Below, in pieces: positions 41,162 to 51,776 of a DNA stretch of 64,000 bases. The position numbers were made by a program, and so were the translations under genes. How positions within the stretch are numbered: the stretch's first letter is position 1; every line of letters begins with the position of its first letter. Origin of the DNA: Candidatus Hydrogenedentota bacterium (GTDB lineage Bacteria > Hydrogenedentota > Hydrogenedentia > Hydrogenedentales > SLHB01); the NCBI GenBank assembly GCA_963668025.2, contig CAXXTH010000017.1, positions 416,001 through 480,000 on the forward strand. The letters run 5' to 3'. Below the pieces are notes generated by a model. It ran no database searches, was not told the DNA's origin, and saw only the letters and a list, made by a program, of their open reading frames with translations.

Positions 41162-41869
41162 TTATTCGTGGTCAGGTTCAAAACGGTAGCCTTTTCCCCA
41201 GACGGTGACGATGCGTTTGGGATTTGCAGGCGATTCCTCGATTTTTTTACGCAAGCGGCCGATATGGACATCCACCAGGCGTTCATCTCCCATGAAATGG
41301 TAATCCCATGCCTGGTTGATGAGCTGGGTGCGCCGGAATACCTGGCCCGGCCGCTGGGCCAAGGTCAGCAATATATCAAATTCGATGGGGGTAAGCTCGA
41401 CTTCTTGCTCGTCCTTCCAGACACGGCACGCCGCCACATCGATGCGCAAACCTTCAAAGATGAGTTCATTTTCCACGGGAACGGCGGGCTTTGCGCGGCG
41501 CAAGATGGCTTTGACCCTCGCCACAAGCTCCGAGTTATTGAATGGCTTCGTAATATAATCGTCCGCGCCCAGTTCGAGCGCGGACACCTTGACGTAGCTG
41601 AGCGAGGTGACCGTGAGCATGAGCACGCAAACGCTGGAATGCTCGCGCAGGCGTTTCAGCACCTCGATTCCATCCATCGCGGCTCCATCAGCGGGCGAAA
41701 GCTGGATATCCAGGATGATCAACTCCGGATTCTGGCTTCGGGCTATTTCTAGGGCATGAGCGCCCGTTGCCGCCTCCGATACGGCGTATCCTTCCCGCTC
41801 GAGGAGCGGGCGGATCTGCTCGCGAACGCCTTGATCATCATCCACCACCAGTATGCGATGCTCGTCCAT
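41162..41869 (-). CDS. OmpR-family response regulator
   Basis: LVVDDD, GADDYITKPF, VDVHIGRLRKKIE and TVWGKGYRF motifs. Confidence 0.95.
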   Translation of the reverse strand: MDEHRILVVDDDQGVREQIRPLLEREGYAVSEAATGAHALEIARSQNPELIILDIQLSPADGAAMDGIEVLKRLREHSSVCVLMLTVTSLSYVKVSALELGADDYITKPFNNSELVARVKAILRRAKPAVPVENELIFEGLRIDVAACRVWKDEQEVELTPIEFDILLTLAQRPGQVFRRTQLINQAWDYHFMGDERLVDVHIGRLRKKIEESPANPKRIVTVWGKGYRFEPDHE

Positions 41870-41937
41870 GGCGTTCCCTCCTCCACTCCCCGCCTGCCCG
41901 TGCCTGGCGCTTATGACGAATGATGCGCGAAAATAGT

Positions 41938-43506
41938 TTAATAAAGTTCTACCGTGTCTGGGGGGTCAAGTTCAAACAGGATGCATGCGCCTTTATCCGG
42001 CTTGCCCTCCGCACGCACGGCTCCCCCATGGCGCTCGATGATGCGCTGAACCATGGCCAGCCCGACGCCGGTGCCTTCGTAGCGGTCATCCGTATGCAGG
42101 CGGCGGAACACCTGGAACAGCTCTCCGGCGCGGGACTGTTCAAAACCGATGCCATTGTCCTGCACGAAATAGGCGCACGCGCCGCCTGGAAGCGTGTGGT
42201 AGCCAAAATGAATGCGGGCCACCTCCCGCGTGCGGGTGAATTTAAGCGCATTGCTGAATAGATTCGCCAATACCTGCCTGAGCAGCGAAGAATCGCCCAT
42301 GCAAGGAGGCATGTCATCTATTCGCGATTCGATCCGCCGTCCGTGTTCCAAGGGGAGCAGTTCGCCCAACACTTCCTTGGCCAGGGACGCCATATCAACC
42401 TGGCGGCGCTGGAGCTGCTGGCGGCCCGTTTTGGCGAATGCCAGCAGATCGTTGATCAACTGGGTCATTTGCGACACCCCTTCCGAGATGAACCTCAGGT
42501 ATCGGCGCTGTTCATCGGGGGCGTCATCCCGGATAAGTTCCGTGGCCATCTCGGTGAAAGTGCGTATAAAACCCAATGGCGCACGCAAATCGTGGGCCAC
42601 CGAATAGCTGAAGGATTCGAGATCCTTCATGGCTTGGCGCAGTTCTTCCGTGCGCATCGCGACCCGTTGCTCGAGTTCCGTGTTCAATTGGCGCACCGTA
42701 TCTTCCGCTTGGCGTTGTTCCGTAACATCGTGCGCCACAAACGCCACGCGCCGCGCCACGCCGTCTGGGCCTTCATACGGATAAAACCCAATATCCAAAC
42801 ACCGGTATCCGATGCCGGGCAGCTCGAACCAGCTCTGCTGCTGCACGGTCCCGCCCTCGAGCACACGCTCCAAGCAAGGTTTCCAGATCGCATCAAAGGC
42901 CTCAGGCCCCCAGAGCGCCCGCAGCGGTTTTCCCGCGAAATCGTCAATGGCGCCTCCGTGGGCGCGCGCACAGGAGACATTCAACGCCTCATACTGGAAA
43001 TCCGCGCTCACCAGCCCCATCAACTCGTGGGAGGCGTTGGCGATGAACTCGTACCGCGACCACATCTCTTCGATGGCCACCTGTGGCGATACATCCTGAT
43101 GGAGCCAAACATAGACCGGAGGGCCTTGCGCCGGGAAAATGCCAGGCAATACATGCACCATGCACCAGGCGGGGATGCCATCCTTACGCACGAAGGGAAT
43201 CGTTCCACTGTATCGCCGGCCCGACTCGAGGGCGGCGTTCAGAGGGGCCGAGGAAGGATTTCCCTCGTCTAGAAAAGGATGGGGCCGCCCTAGCAATTCC
43301 TCTTGCTCCAGCGCCATGATGGCGCAGAGAATGCTGTCCGCGTATAGCATAGCCCCCATCGGCTGGGAGGCATCGCTTATCGCGACACCCATTCCGCCTT
43401 CCGCCATGGCATGGGCCAAGATATATTCCATGGACGCCTCTGGAAAATAGGGAACGGATGCATGTGGGGGGGTGCTGCAGGATTCGGATTCAAGCCGGTC
43501 TGCCAT
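41938..43506 (-). CDS. Cytoplasmic PAS-domain sensor histidine kinase
   Basis: Two PAS-like regions, FSYSVAHDLRAPL, NLFSNALKF, DNGIGF, FQVFRRLH and GTGVGL. No TM segment. Confidence 0.93.
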   Translation of the reverse strand: MADRLESESCSTPPHASVPYFPEASMEYILAHAMAEGGMGVAISDASQPMGAMLYADSILCAIMALEQEELLGRPHPFLDEGNPSSAPLNAALESGRRYSGTIPFVRKDGIPAWCMVHVLPGIFPAQGPPVYVWLHQDVSPQVAIEEMWSRYEFIANASHELMGLVSADFQYEALNVSCARAHGGAIDDFAGKPLRALWGPEAFDAIWKPCLERVLEGGTVQQQSWFELPGIGYRCLDIGFYPYEGPDGVARRVAFVAHDVTEQRQAEDTVRQLNTELEQRVAMRTEELRQAMKDLESFSYSVAHDLRAPLGFIRTFTEMATELIRDDAPDEQRRYLRFISEGVSQMTQLINDLLAFAKTGRQQLQRRQVDMASLAKEVLGELLPLEHGRRIESRIDDMPPCMGDSSLLRQVLANLFSNALKFTRTREVARIHFGYHTLPGGACAYFVQDNGIGFEQSRAGELFQVFRRLHTDDRYEGTGVGLAMVQRIIERHGGAVRAEGKPDKGACILFELDPPDTVELY

Positions 43507-43642
43507 GGCGTCATCCTCTTGGCTTGCCTGCATGATATGGTAGCATACCTTTTCCATGTTTGTGCAACGCGCGCGGGCGGCGCATGGGTAAAAATAATGC
43601 CTATGCGCCTAAACAGCACCATTTCAAGGGCATGCTGAACCG

Positions 43643-44722
43643 TTAGATTGACTCGTGAGGACCGGCGGCAAGCGCATGATGGGCGCTGCGGAGCAAATGC
43701 TCCGTGGCCTCCCAGCCGATGCATGCGTCCGTGATGCTGACACCATAACGCAAGGAAGCCACACCGTTCTTTAACTCCTGGCTGCCTTCAAACAGGTTGC
43801 TTTCGAGCATAAATCCGGCGATGGAAGCAGCGCCATCCAGGCGCTGTTGGATCACGCTGCGGAGCACATGGCGCTGTAAGTCATGGCGCTTGCCAGAATT
43901 CGCGTGGCTGCAATCCACCAGAAAACGCGGATAACAAACAGGCGGTTTTAGGCCAGCCTGGGCGAGTTGTTCTTCCGTGTGGGTGATGCTGACGGGATCA
44001 TAATTCGGCCCCGAACGCCCGCCGCGTAGAATAATGTGGCCGTACCGGTTGCCGCGCGTGGTGACGACGCTGGAACGGCCATCTTCATCTATGCCTAGAA
44101 AATGGTGCGGATGATGCGCCGAGGAAAGGGCGTCAATGGCGATTTGCAGGTTACCATCGGTGCTGTTCTTGAAGCCCACCGGCATGGATAAACCGCTGGC
44201 CATTTCCCGGTGGGTTTGCGATTCAGCGGTCCGGGCGCCAATGGAGACCCAGCTCACGAGATCGGATATGTATTGAGGCACAATGGGATCGAGCACTTCC
44301 GTAGCGGTGGGCAAGCCGGTTTCGTTGACGGCAAGCAACAGTTCCCGTGTTAAATGCAGCCCCGCATCAATGTCATAGCTCCCATCCAGGCGCGGATCGT
44401 TGATAAGCCCCTTCCAGCCGATGGTCGTTCGCGGCTTTTCGAAATAGGTGCGCATGACAATGCAAAATTGGCTGCTCAATTCATCGCGCAACACCGCCAG
44501 GCGCTGCGCGTATTCGAGGGCCGCTTTGCGGTCATGAATCGAGCAAGGGCCGACAATCGCCAGCATCCGCGGATCATCGCCGCGCAGAATAGCCTCGATG
44601 TCGCGCCGCCCTCTCACAACGGTGGCGTTGGCCGTCTCGGACATGGGCAGCGCGTTCTTGAGCTGCCGCGGCGTGGGCAGCGGATGCAAGGACACTACGT
44701 TAAGGTCTTGCGTACGTTCCAT
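43643..44722 (-). CDS. Class I DAHP synthase (AroF/G/H type)
   Basis: [38 protein letters not shown] and SITDAC motifs. Confidence 0.96.
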   Translation of the reverse strand: MERTQDLNVVSLHPLPTPRQLKNALPMSETANATVVRGRRDIEAILRGDDPRMLAIVGPCSIHDRKAALEYAQRLAVLRDELSSQFCIVMRTYFEKPRTTIGWKGLINDPRLDGSYDIDAGLHLTRELLLAVNETGLPTATEVLDPIVPQYISDLVSWVSIGARTAESQTHREMASGLSMPVGFKNSTDGNLQIAIDALSSAHHPHHFLGIDEDGRSSVVTTRGNRYGHIILRGGRSGPNYDPVSITHTEEQLAQAGLKPPVCYPRFLVDCSHANSGKRHDLQRHVLRSVIQQRLDGAASIAGFMLESNLFEGSQELKNGVASLRYGVSITDACIGWEATEHLLRSAHHALAAGPHESI

Positions 44723-44733
44723 GGGATGCCTGT

Positions 44734-45402
44734 CTATTCCGTCTGGGTGGGCTGGCTGAGTTCATCTACGGTGGCCGCCTTATACGTGAGGGGCAGCTCG
44801 TCTTGGTCTTCATTCATATGGCAGGCATACCGGCCCGCCATGATGAGCCGCCGGAACTCGTGCGGCGTAGCGAAGGACTCTTCCGTCTCGAGCCAGAACC
44901 GGTTGAGGTAATTGAGGCCATGGGCGTCCGAGGCCCACACTTCCGCCTGGCCGTTGAGTTCCGCGTAATGCTTAGCCGCGCGCGCGCGCTCTTCTTGGAA
45001 ATGATGGCACGAACGCACTTCCACTGCGTCGGCGAAGCGGCAAAATTCGGGCAGCTCCCCCGACCAGCGGTATGGATGGGCGATAATCGTCAAGTATCCA
45101 TCCGCGCATGCCTTGGCGAATAATTCGCTGGGATTTTTTAGGGTTTCGTAAACTGGATCGTTTGCGCCCAGCACCAGCACATCCACGCCGGATTCTAGGG
45201 AGATCTCGATACCGGGGAAAATACGCATTTCTTCACACTGGGCTTGCAGGCGCTTGAGTGCTTCGGGCCGCCATACCTTGTGATGTTCCGTGAGAAAAAG
45301 CGCCTCATATCCAAGGTTTTCGGCCAGCGAGAACAGCTCGCCCGGCGGCATCACCGAGCAAGAAGAATACATGTTCGTGTGGCTGTGTATTTCTACTTTC
45401 AT
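44734..45402 (-). CDS. PHP-domain phosphoesterase
   Basis: EIHSHT, LTEH, PGIEIS, AHPYR and SDAH motifs. Confidence 0.88.
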   Translation of the reverse strand: MKVEIHSHTNMYSSCSVMPPGELFSLAENLGYEALFLTEHHKVWRPEALKRLQAQCEEMRIFPGIEISLESGVDVLVLGANDPVYETLKNPSELFAKACADGYLTIIAHPYRWSGELPEFCRFADAVEVRSCHHFQEERARAAKHYAELNGQAEVWASDAHGLNYLNRFWLETEESFATPHEFRRLIMAGRYACHMNEDQDELPLTYKAATVDELSQPTQTE

Positions 45403-45642
45403 ATTGAAACCCTTGCCACTGCTGCATTTTCTGTGGCGGCGGCCATCAAAGGAACATTTAGCCGGAGTATACCATGCCCGCCCGGATGATTTCCTCTTTC
45501 TTCCGTGCGATATCAGGGCATGCCGCGCCGTTGAACGCTTCAGCCCGCATCCAGTACGATGGAAGGCATGTAACGGAAATGCTTGCACTTGCCCGCGCAC
45601 CTGCGTGTCCGCTGGCGGGTCTTGAAGAAAGGGAGAAGCGCC

Positions 45643-46158
45643 GTGAAACGAACGATTTGGGCTGCGGCAGGCTTGATGCTCCTTTGCGCATGCGCGCAAT
45701 CCCCGAGCGATGTTGTCGAAAAAGTAAAATATGACTTTGGCATAGGCGAAAAGCCCGAGGGCTATGTCTCGGGCGCTGAGAAAATCATGGCGAACCTGGA
45801 TAAAGTCGGCGCGGTCGAGTTGAAGCGCCTGAATGGCGAGAGCCGCCATGGAGAAGTGAAATTCCAGGAAGAAGAAGGGTTAAGCGGCAAGTTCTATAAA
45901 GAGGCGAAAGTCTATGAAAGCTTTTATCCTCTCGATGCGCGCGCGGTGACTTCCGCTTCGGAAGGAAATCCAGGATATCTCGGATATATTGATTATTCGT
46001 ATCGCATCTGCCAAAGCGAGCGCTTCAACACCCGCCCCGAAGCCGAGGCGGCTTCCACGGATATCCGCACCGACGTGCAAGGGCGCGAGACTTACCGGTA
46101 CCGGTTCAGTTCTGGCGGTGTTTGGGATGGCCAAAAAGGCGAACGCTCGCGCGATTAG
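45643..46158 (+). CDS. Hypothetical lipoprotein
   Basis: GTG start after GGGAG. KRTIWAAAGLMLLCAC lipobox-like signal. Confidence 0.7.
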   Translation: MKRTIWAAAGLMLLCACAQSPSDVVEKVKYDFGIGEKPEGYVSGAEKIMANLDKVGAVELKRLNGESRHGEVKFQEEEGLSGKFYKEAKVYESFYPLDARAVTSASEGNPGYLGYIDYSYRICQSERFNTRPEAEAASTDIRTDVQGRETYRYRFSSGGVWDGQKGERSRD

Positions 46159-46224
46159 TATAATCGGTTAGGCATTTCGGGCGTTTTTCCTATCGCCGCA
46201 TATGCCACGCAAGGAGGCGCGCCG

Positions 46225-47877
46225 TTGGAAGAGCCGTCATTCACGCAACGCAGGCCCGGCTGGGAAATTGCCGTGGCGCTGCTGGCGCTGGCCATCGCAT
46301 CAGCGGTCTGGACCGTGGGGTATAACGAGTCGTATTTCGTTTTCCCTGACGCCGTGGATTACGCCCAGATGGGAGCCGAACTCCGAGAGGGCCATGGTTT
46401 CGCCACGCGGCAAATCTTTCCGATGGAAGCGCCCTGGCTCAAGGCCAGGGGTTATCTAAATGGCGCATACTGGCCCAATCTGCACCGCTTCCCCTTGCCG
46501 ACGCTCGCCCATGCGGGGGCGCAGATGTTTTTCCGGAGCCCCATCGACGCGGCTATTTTTCAAAGCGGGCTATGGTATTTGTTGAGCCTGCCCCTGGTGT
46601 TTCTACTGGCGCGGCGGTGCATGGGGCTTGCTGGCGCGCTCTTGTGTATGCTGTTCGTGGCGGGCGATCCCCATTTGTTCGAAAACAGCTATATGGGCAT
46701 GGGCGAACCCCTCGCCACACTGATTTTGTTATGCGCAGTGTATGTGGCCGTATGCTGGCCCGCCCGCGCCGCAACCTGGGCTACATTGGGTGTAATATGC
46801 GGACTGGCCTATTTGGCGCGCACTAATTTTGTGTATCTCACGCCTTTTGCGATGGCGTGGGCGTTTGGGCAAGGGCGCTGGCGTGCGGCGGGGCTGGCGC
46901 TGGCAGGCTCGCTCGTAGCCGTGTCGCCTTGGCTGCTCCGGAATATCCTGGTGGCTGGCAGCCCAGGCTTCTCGTTCATGAGCGCCTACACGTTGGCCTG
47001 GGGCGCGGTTCCTGGAACGCTGCTCTACCATCTCCACGACGCACCCTCCACGCCGGGCGGGATGATGGCGTTGTATGGCAGCGCCATCCGCGCCAAAGCA
47101 ATGGCTAATTTCCTGCCGAATATCCTCTCGATGTCGTTCTGGGGAGACATGTTCCAAGCGAAAAGCTGGATGTATCCGCTCGAACGCAGCCAAGGCGTAT
47201 TCGCAATCCCCTTTCTGTTTCTATGCCTAGTATCGCTGTTTCATAGTGCGGCGCGGCCTTGCCGGGCCTTGCCGTGGGCCGTGTTATTGCTGGTGGGCGG
47301 CAATTTTTTACTCATGTGCATGGCAAACCACGAAGCGCGTTATTACGCCCCTTTCCGCCCGCTGGTGATCATCGCAGGCATGGCGGCATTGCTGGCGCTG
47401 ATAGGCCTCGTGAATAAAACACCATATCGGCGAGCGCTGGCGGTGGGAACGCTGGTGGCGCTGGCCGGGGTGGCCATCACCCAATATTATAGCGTGGCGG
47501 CGGCCCACCAAGCCGTGCGTGACGCTGAAACGCAGCCGTTTCCGCCGTTATCTCCCGAAGACCTCCAGGCCTACGCCCGTCTGCGGGAGATCACAGAGCC
47601 AGGTACAATTTTCGCTTCGGATGTGTCGGACGAAGTGGCCCTCTTCACCGAACGCCGCGCCATACGACTGCCGGAGATACCTACAGAATTGCTCGAACTG
47701 GACCAGGACTTCTTGCCTATTGATTATGTCCTGGCGGGACGCCGGACGCTGAGCTGGCGGCGCGTGCAATATGGGTACAAACCCTACGCAGAATTTTTCG
47801 AATCGCCGGAGTTTTTAGCCCGCTTTGAACGGGTGGAGGAATTGCCCAACGGGACGATTCTCTTCCGGCGGATATAG
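46225..47877 (+). CDS. GT-C (GT39/PMT-like) membrane glycosyltransferase
   Basis: TTG start after AAGGAGG. PDAVDYAQ after TM1, GLAYLARTN, PWLLRN and EARY. Many TM helices. Confidence 0.75.
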   Translation: MEEPSFTQRRPGWEIAVALLALAIASAVWTVGYNESYFVFPDAVDYAQMGAELREGHGFATRQIFPMEAPWLKARGYLNGAYWPNLHRFPLPTLAHAGAQMFFRSPIDAAIFQSGLWYLLSLPLVFLLARRCMGLAGALLCMLFVAGDPHLFENSYMGMGEPLATLILLCAVYVAVCWPARAATWATLGVICGLAYLARTNFVYLTPFAMAWAFGQGRWRAAGLALAGSLVAVSPWLLRNILVAGSPGFSFMSAYTLAWGAVPGTLLYHLHDAPSTPGGMMALYGSAIRAKAMANFLPNILSMSFWGDMFQAKSWMYPLERSQGVFAIPFLFLCLVSLFHSAARPCRALPWAVLLLVGGNFLLMCMANHEARYYAPFRPLVIIAGMAALLALIGLVNKTPYRRALAVGTLVALAGVAITQYYSVAAAHQAVRDAETQPFPPLSPEDLQAYARLREITEPGTIFASDVSDEVALFTERRAIRLPEIPTELLELDQDFLPIDYVLAGRRTLSWRRVQYGYKPYAEFFESPEFLARFERVEELPNGTILFRRI

Positions 47878-47884
47878 CTCATTT

Positions 47885-48033
47885 TCACCACAAAGCCACT
47901 AAGGCACAAAGAGTTTATTCAAAAGCCACGTTGGTTATCCACAGGCGATAGGGCTGGCCCCTGAGCGGTGGGGCAAGCCCCACCCTACAAAATCGCATCG
48001 AATTTTAGTGTAGTTTAGTGTATTTCGTGGTCT
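47885..48033. repeat. Cluster of REP-like units
   Basis: CACCACAAAGCCACTAAGGCACAAAG; GGTGGGGCAAGCCCCCACCCTAC; TTTTAGTGTAGTTTAGTGTATTTCGTGGTCTA (matches the right arm of the repeat at 27963-28030). Confidence 0.55.
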
Positions 48034-48143
48034 AGAATCCGGCTTTTTGGTTGCGGTTATGTCTCGCTGTGAATATATGGGGAAGTAGGTATTTGAGCAT
48101 CCATAGGAGAGGCGCTCTGCTGGAGTATATTTTTGCAGGCATC

Positions 48144-48752
48144 ATGGAAAAAGGAGCACATATCGAGAATAACGCTTCGCTGGCGCGCCTGCTCGAGGAA
48201 GTGCGGGCATGCCGTTTATGCGCGGACAAGCTGCCGCTGGAGCCCCGGCCGGTCCTGCGCGCATCCGCCACGGCGCGTATTTTAATTGTCGGCCAAGCCC
48301 CCGGCTTGCGCGTCCATGAAACCGGCATCCCTTGGAACGATCCGAGCGGCGGCCGCCTGCGCGAGTGGATGGCGGTGGACCGGGAAACCTTCTACGACGA
48401 ATCGCGCATCGCGATCATCCCCATGGGGTATTGTTATCCGGGACGCAATGTCCGAGGTGGCGATCTGCCGCCGCGCCCCGAATGCGCTCAAACCTGGCTG
48501 CCCCGCCTGCTGGCCCATCTGCCCGCTATCGAATTCACTCTTCTGGCTGGGCGGTATGGCCAAGTGCGGTATCTCGGCGCTCAAGCGCATAAAACGCTGA
48601 CGGAAACCGTGCGCGCCTGGCGTGGTTACTGGCCCACGTTCATGCCGCTGCCTCATCCGTCGTTCCGAAACCTGCTATGGCTCAAACAGAATCCCTGGTT
48701 CGCCGAGGAAGTGCTGCCATCTTTGCGGCGGCGGATACGCGAATTACTCTAA
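48144..48752 (+). CDS. Uracil-DNA glycosylase superfamily protein
   Basis: CRLC, IVGQAPG, WNDPSG, GYCYPG, DLPPRPEC and LPHPS motifs. The start is uncertain. Confidence 0.9.
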   Translation: MEKGAHIENNASLARLLEEVRACRLCADKLPLEPRPVLRASATARILIVGQAPGLRVHETGIPWNDPSGGRLREWMAVDRETFYDESRIAIIPMGYCYPGRNVRGGDLPPRPECAQTWLPRLLAHLPAIEFTLLAGRYGQVRYLGAQAHKTLTETVRAWRGYWPTFMPLPHPSFRNLLWLKQNPWFAEEVLPSLRRRIRELL

Positions 48753-48944
48753 CCACATAATGAACCAAGGATGTTGAGTGATTTTTTCTATAGCCATACC
48801 GTTCCCCCGTGCTCACCGTGTCCCTGTAAAGAAAAACCTGCCATTGCATAACGCTTGCGGCAGGTGCGCCAGAGGGCTAGAATGGCCCCCGGTATGCACT
48901 TAACGGATGGCAGCAAACAACTATCGGAGAAGGAGAGCCAGGCC

Positions 48945-50363
48945 ATGCCCGCAAAATCCCATAAGATGACATTTGGATTGCTTGTAGGCAATCGCGGATT
49001 TTTCCCAGACGCCCTTGCCGAAGAAGGCCGCACCTTCATGATGGCGCTGCTCAAAAAACTTGGATACAACACGGTGGTGTTGTCTCCGAATGATACGAAA
49101 TTCGGCAGCGTCGAAACTTGGGAAGACGCCAAAAAGTGCGCCGCACTCTTCAAGAAAAACCGTGAAACATTGGACGGCATTATCGTGACGCTGCCTAATT
49201 TTGGCGACGAGCGCGGCGTGGCGGACACCATCAAGATGGCTGGGCTTGATGTGCCCGTGCTCATTCATGCCTGGGCCGATGACCCGCTGAAAATGACCAT
49301 CAAGCACCGCCGCGATTCTTTCTGCGGAAAGATGAGCGCATGCAACAACCTGAAGCAATACAACATTCCATATACACTCACCACTTTGCACACCATGGAC
49401 CCCGCCACACCCGCATTCGAAAGCGAACTGCACTATTTCGCCAGCGTCTGCCGGGTGGTGAACGGCCTGCGCAAATGCCGCGTCGGCGCGCTAGGCGCAC
49501 GCCCCGCGAATTTCAACACGGTCCGTTTCAGCGAGAAGCTCCTTGAAGATTCCGGCATTTCCGTCGAAACGCTTGACCTCTCGGAGATTTTTGGCCGCGC
49601 GGAGCGCCTTAAAGATAACGATGCGCTAGTCAAAGAAAAAGTGGCGGCTATCCAGGGGTATGTCGAGACCAAAGGCGTGACCGCAGCCGCCATCACCAAA
49701 ATGGCCAAACTCGGCATCGTGATTGATGAATGGATGAAGGCCGCGGAACTCGATATCACCGCCATCCAGTGCTGGACCTCCCTCGAGGAGTACTACGGCG
49801 TCGTGCCTTGCACGGTCATGAGCATGCTCAGTGATTCGCTGCGCTCCTCGGCCTGTGAAGTGGATGTGTGCGGAGCGGTGGGCATGCATGCCCTCGCTTT
49901 GGCCTCGCAAACCCCGAGCTTCCTCCTCGATTGGAACAATAACTACGGCGATGATCCCGACAAGTGCGTCTGCTTCCATTGCTCGAATCTGCCCAAGAGC
50001 TGCTTCAAGGAATTCCGCATGGACTACCAGGAGATCATCGCGGGCACAGTCGGCAAAGCCAACACCTATGGCACGGTCGTAGGCCGTATTAAGCCTAAGC
50101 CCATGACCTATTGCCGCCTCTCGACCATCGACACCGAAGGCGTCATCGCGGGCTATCTTGGCGAAGGAGCATTCACGGATGATCCCCTCGATACCTTCGG
50201 CGGCTACGGCGTAGCGGAGATCCCCGATCTCCAGGGGCTTCTCGAGTACATCTGCCAGAACGGCTTCGAACACCATGTAGCCGTCAATTTAAGCGAGACT
50301 GCCCAGGCGGTCTATGAAGCCATGGACAACTATCTTGGCTGGGATATGTATTGGCACGAATAG
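48945..50363 (+). CDS. L-fucose/L-arabinose isomerase family protein
   Basis: GNRGFFP, LPNFGDE, RRDSFCGK, IQCW, ACEVD, FHCSN and GFEHH motifs. Confidence 0.9.
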   Translation: MPAKSHKMTFGLLVGNRGFFPDALAEEGRTFMMALLKKLGYNTVVLSPNDTKFGSVETWEDAKKCAALFKKNRETLDGIIVTLPNFGDERGVADTIKMAGLDVPVLIHAWADDPLKMTIKHRRDSFCGKMSACNNLKQYNIPYTLTTLHTMDPATPAFESELHYFASVCRVVNGLRKCRVGALGARPANFNTVRFSEKLLEDSGISVETLDLSEIFGRAERLKDNDALVKEKVAAIQGYVETKGVTAAAITKMAKLGIVIDEWMKAAELDITAIQCWTSLEEYYGVVPCTVMSMLSDSLRSSACEVDVCGAVGMHALALASQTPSFLLDWNNNYGDDPDKCVCFHCSNLPKSCFKEFRMDYQEIIAGTVGKANTYGTVVGRIKPKPMTYCRLSTIDTEGVIAGYLGEGAFTDDPLDTFGGYGVAEIPDLQGLLEYICQNGFEHHVAVNLSETAQAVYEAMDNYLGWDMYWHE

Positions 50364-50385
50364 CAGTTGAAGTTTGAGGCAACGG

Positions 50386-50416
50386 GGCTCTTCCATGGAG
50401 AAGGGCCCCTATTTTT
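50386..50416 (+). terminator. Probable rho-independent terminator
   Basis: GGGGCTCTTC...GAAGGGCCCC followed by TATTTTT. Confidence 0.6.
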
Positions 50417-50590
50417 GTGTATACCCCGAATTCCCCGCGCCTGCCTACTGAAATAAAGTAGATTTCGGGCGGCTTATTTTCAAACATAATCCCTATCTTT
50501 TTTGAATTCCCCTCAGGTATACTTTTAGTGGGGTTGGACAGATCATCGCGCTACAGTTGATATCGGTCTATTTGGACGGGAGAGTGGGAG

Positions 50591-51742
50591 ATGAAGTGGA
50601 CGGCTCTGTTCTTTTTGTTACTTTTTCTTCATCCTGCATTCGCGGCGGAGCTGCCTCAATTAATCAATTATCAAGGTGCGCTCGTCGATGAAACAGGCAA
50701 GCCGTTAGCCTCTGGCCTATATACTATCGAATTCCGCATCTATGACGCTGAAGAAGAAGGCAACCTAATCTGGGGCCCGCAAATATTCGATGGCGTGGTG
50801 GCGTTCGGCCATGCATCCAAAGTACAGGCCGTAGATGGCAACTTTAATGTATTACTAGGAACCATAGACACCTCGAAGCGGAAATTATCGAGCGCTTTCG
50901 CCGCCGCGCCGCGATATATCGAGATCACGGTCCACGATCCCGATGCGAAAGCGGAGCATACTCTCGCCCCACGGCAGCAGATCCTCAGCGTGCCGTTCGC
51001 CTTAAACGCGCAAACCGCCCAATCAGTAGCCGCACGTTCGATATCCGAAGAATCCATCAAAGAAGGCGCGGTGAATGCGGGCATTATGGAGGATGGTTCG
51101 GCGCTCACGGAAATCCTGGATGACGACGGCGCGGGCTCGGGACTCGATGCGGATACGCTAGACGGGAAACACGCCAGCGATTTCATTGGAACTCAAGGCG
51201 GAGCCATTACGGGCAATCTCACGGTGACTGGCGACTACAAGCTAGCCGCACCGCGCACTATCAAGAAGCACATCATGGCGGCGGCGTTCCAATCCGCGAA
51301 TCCCTCGGATACAGACAATGTATTACATAATTCGTATGGTGTCTGGAGTATCTCCCCGATGAATGGCGCTAACGAAACAATAGAACTGACCGCGCCAATC
51401 GATCTGCCGGATGGAGCCGTCATCCAATCTGTTTCGATATCGTATCGCGACGATTTGAATCCAGTAGATATCCGAATACGACTCTATTTGGTTCGATGGA
51501 GTATGGGCAGCATAGGGGATACGAGTATTGCCACCATAGATGAATGGACAAGTGGAGATTCATTCAATTGGAAAACCTTCACTACGAATACCATTACGGA
51601 ATCCGAGGTGGACTCGGAATATTATGGCTATTCGGCATTCATTCAACTTAGCACCAATCAGAATGTAACAAGCGTATCTAGCACCTTCGTGATTAGGTCC
51701 ATCACCATCACCTACACACTCGATCATGCGCCGATTCGTTAA
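50591..51742 (+). CDS. Secreted fibre-like protein 1
   Basis: Signal peptide (AFA). INYQGALVD...LAPRQQILSVPFAL domain, GSGLDADTLDGKH motif, beta-rich C-terminal domain. Confidence 0.75.
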   Translation: MKWTALFFLLLFLHPAFAAELPQLINYQGALVDETGKPLASGLYTIEFRIYDAEEEGNLIWGPQIFDGVVAFGHASKVQAVDGNFNVLLGTIDTSKRKLSSAFAAAPRYIEITVHDPDAKAEHTLAPRQQILSVPFALNAQTAQSVAARSISEESIKEGAVNAGIMEDGSALTEILDDDGAGSGLDADTLDGKHASDFIGTQGGAITGNLTVTGDYKLAAPRTIKKHIMAAAFQSANPSDTDNVLHNSYGVWSISPMNGANETIELTAPIDLPDGAVIQSVSISYRDDLNPVDIRIRLYLVRWSMGSIGDTSIATIDEWTSGDSFNWKTFTTNTITESEVDSEYYGYSAFIQLSTNQNVTSVSSTFVIRSITITYTLDHAPIR

Positions 51743-51776
51743 GGTTGCCAGAGGAAAAGAAACAAGGAGAATCAAT

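Noticed and set aside
45403-45849. N-terminal extension of the PHP ORF
   Set aside because: It overlaps the divergent lipoprotein gene. The PHP motif starts at MKVEIHSH.
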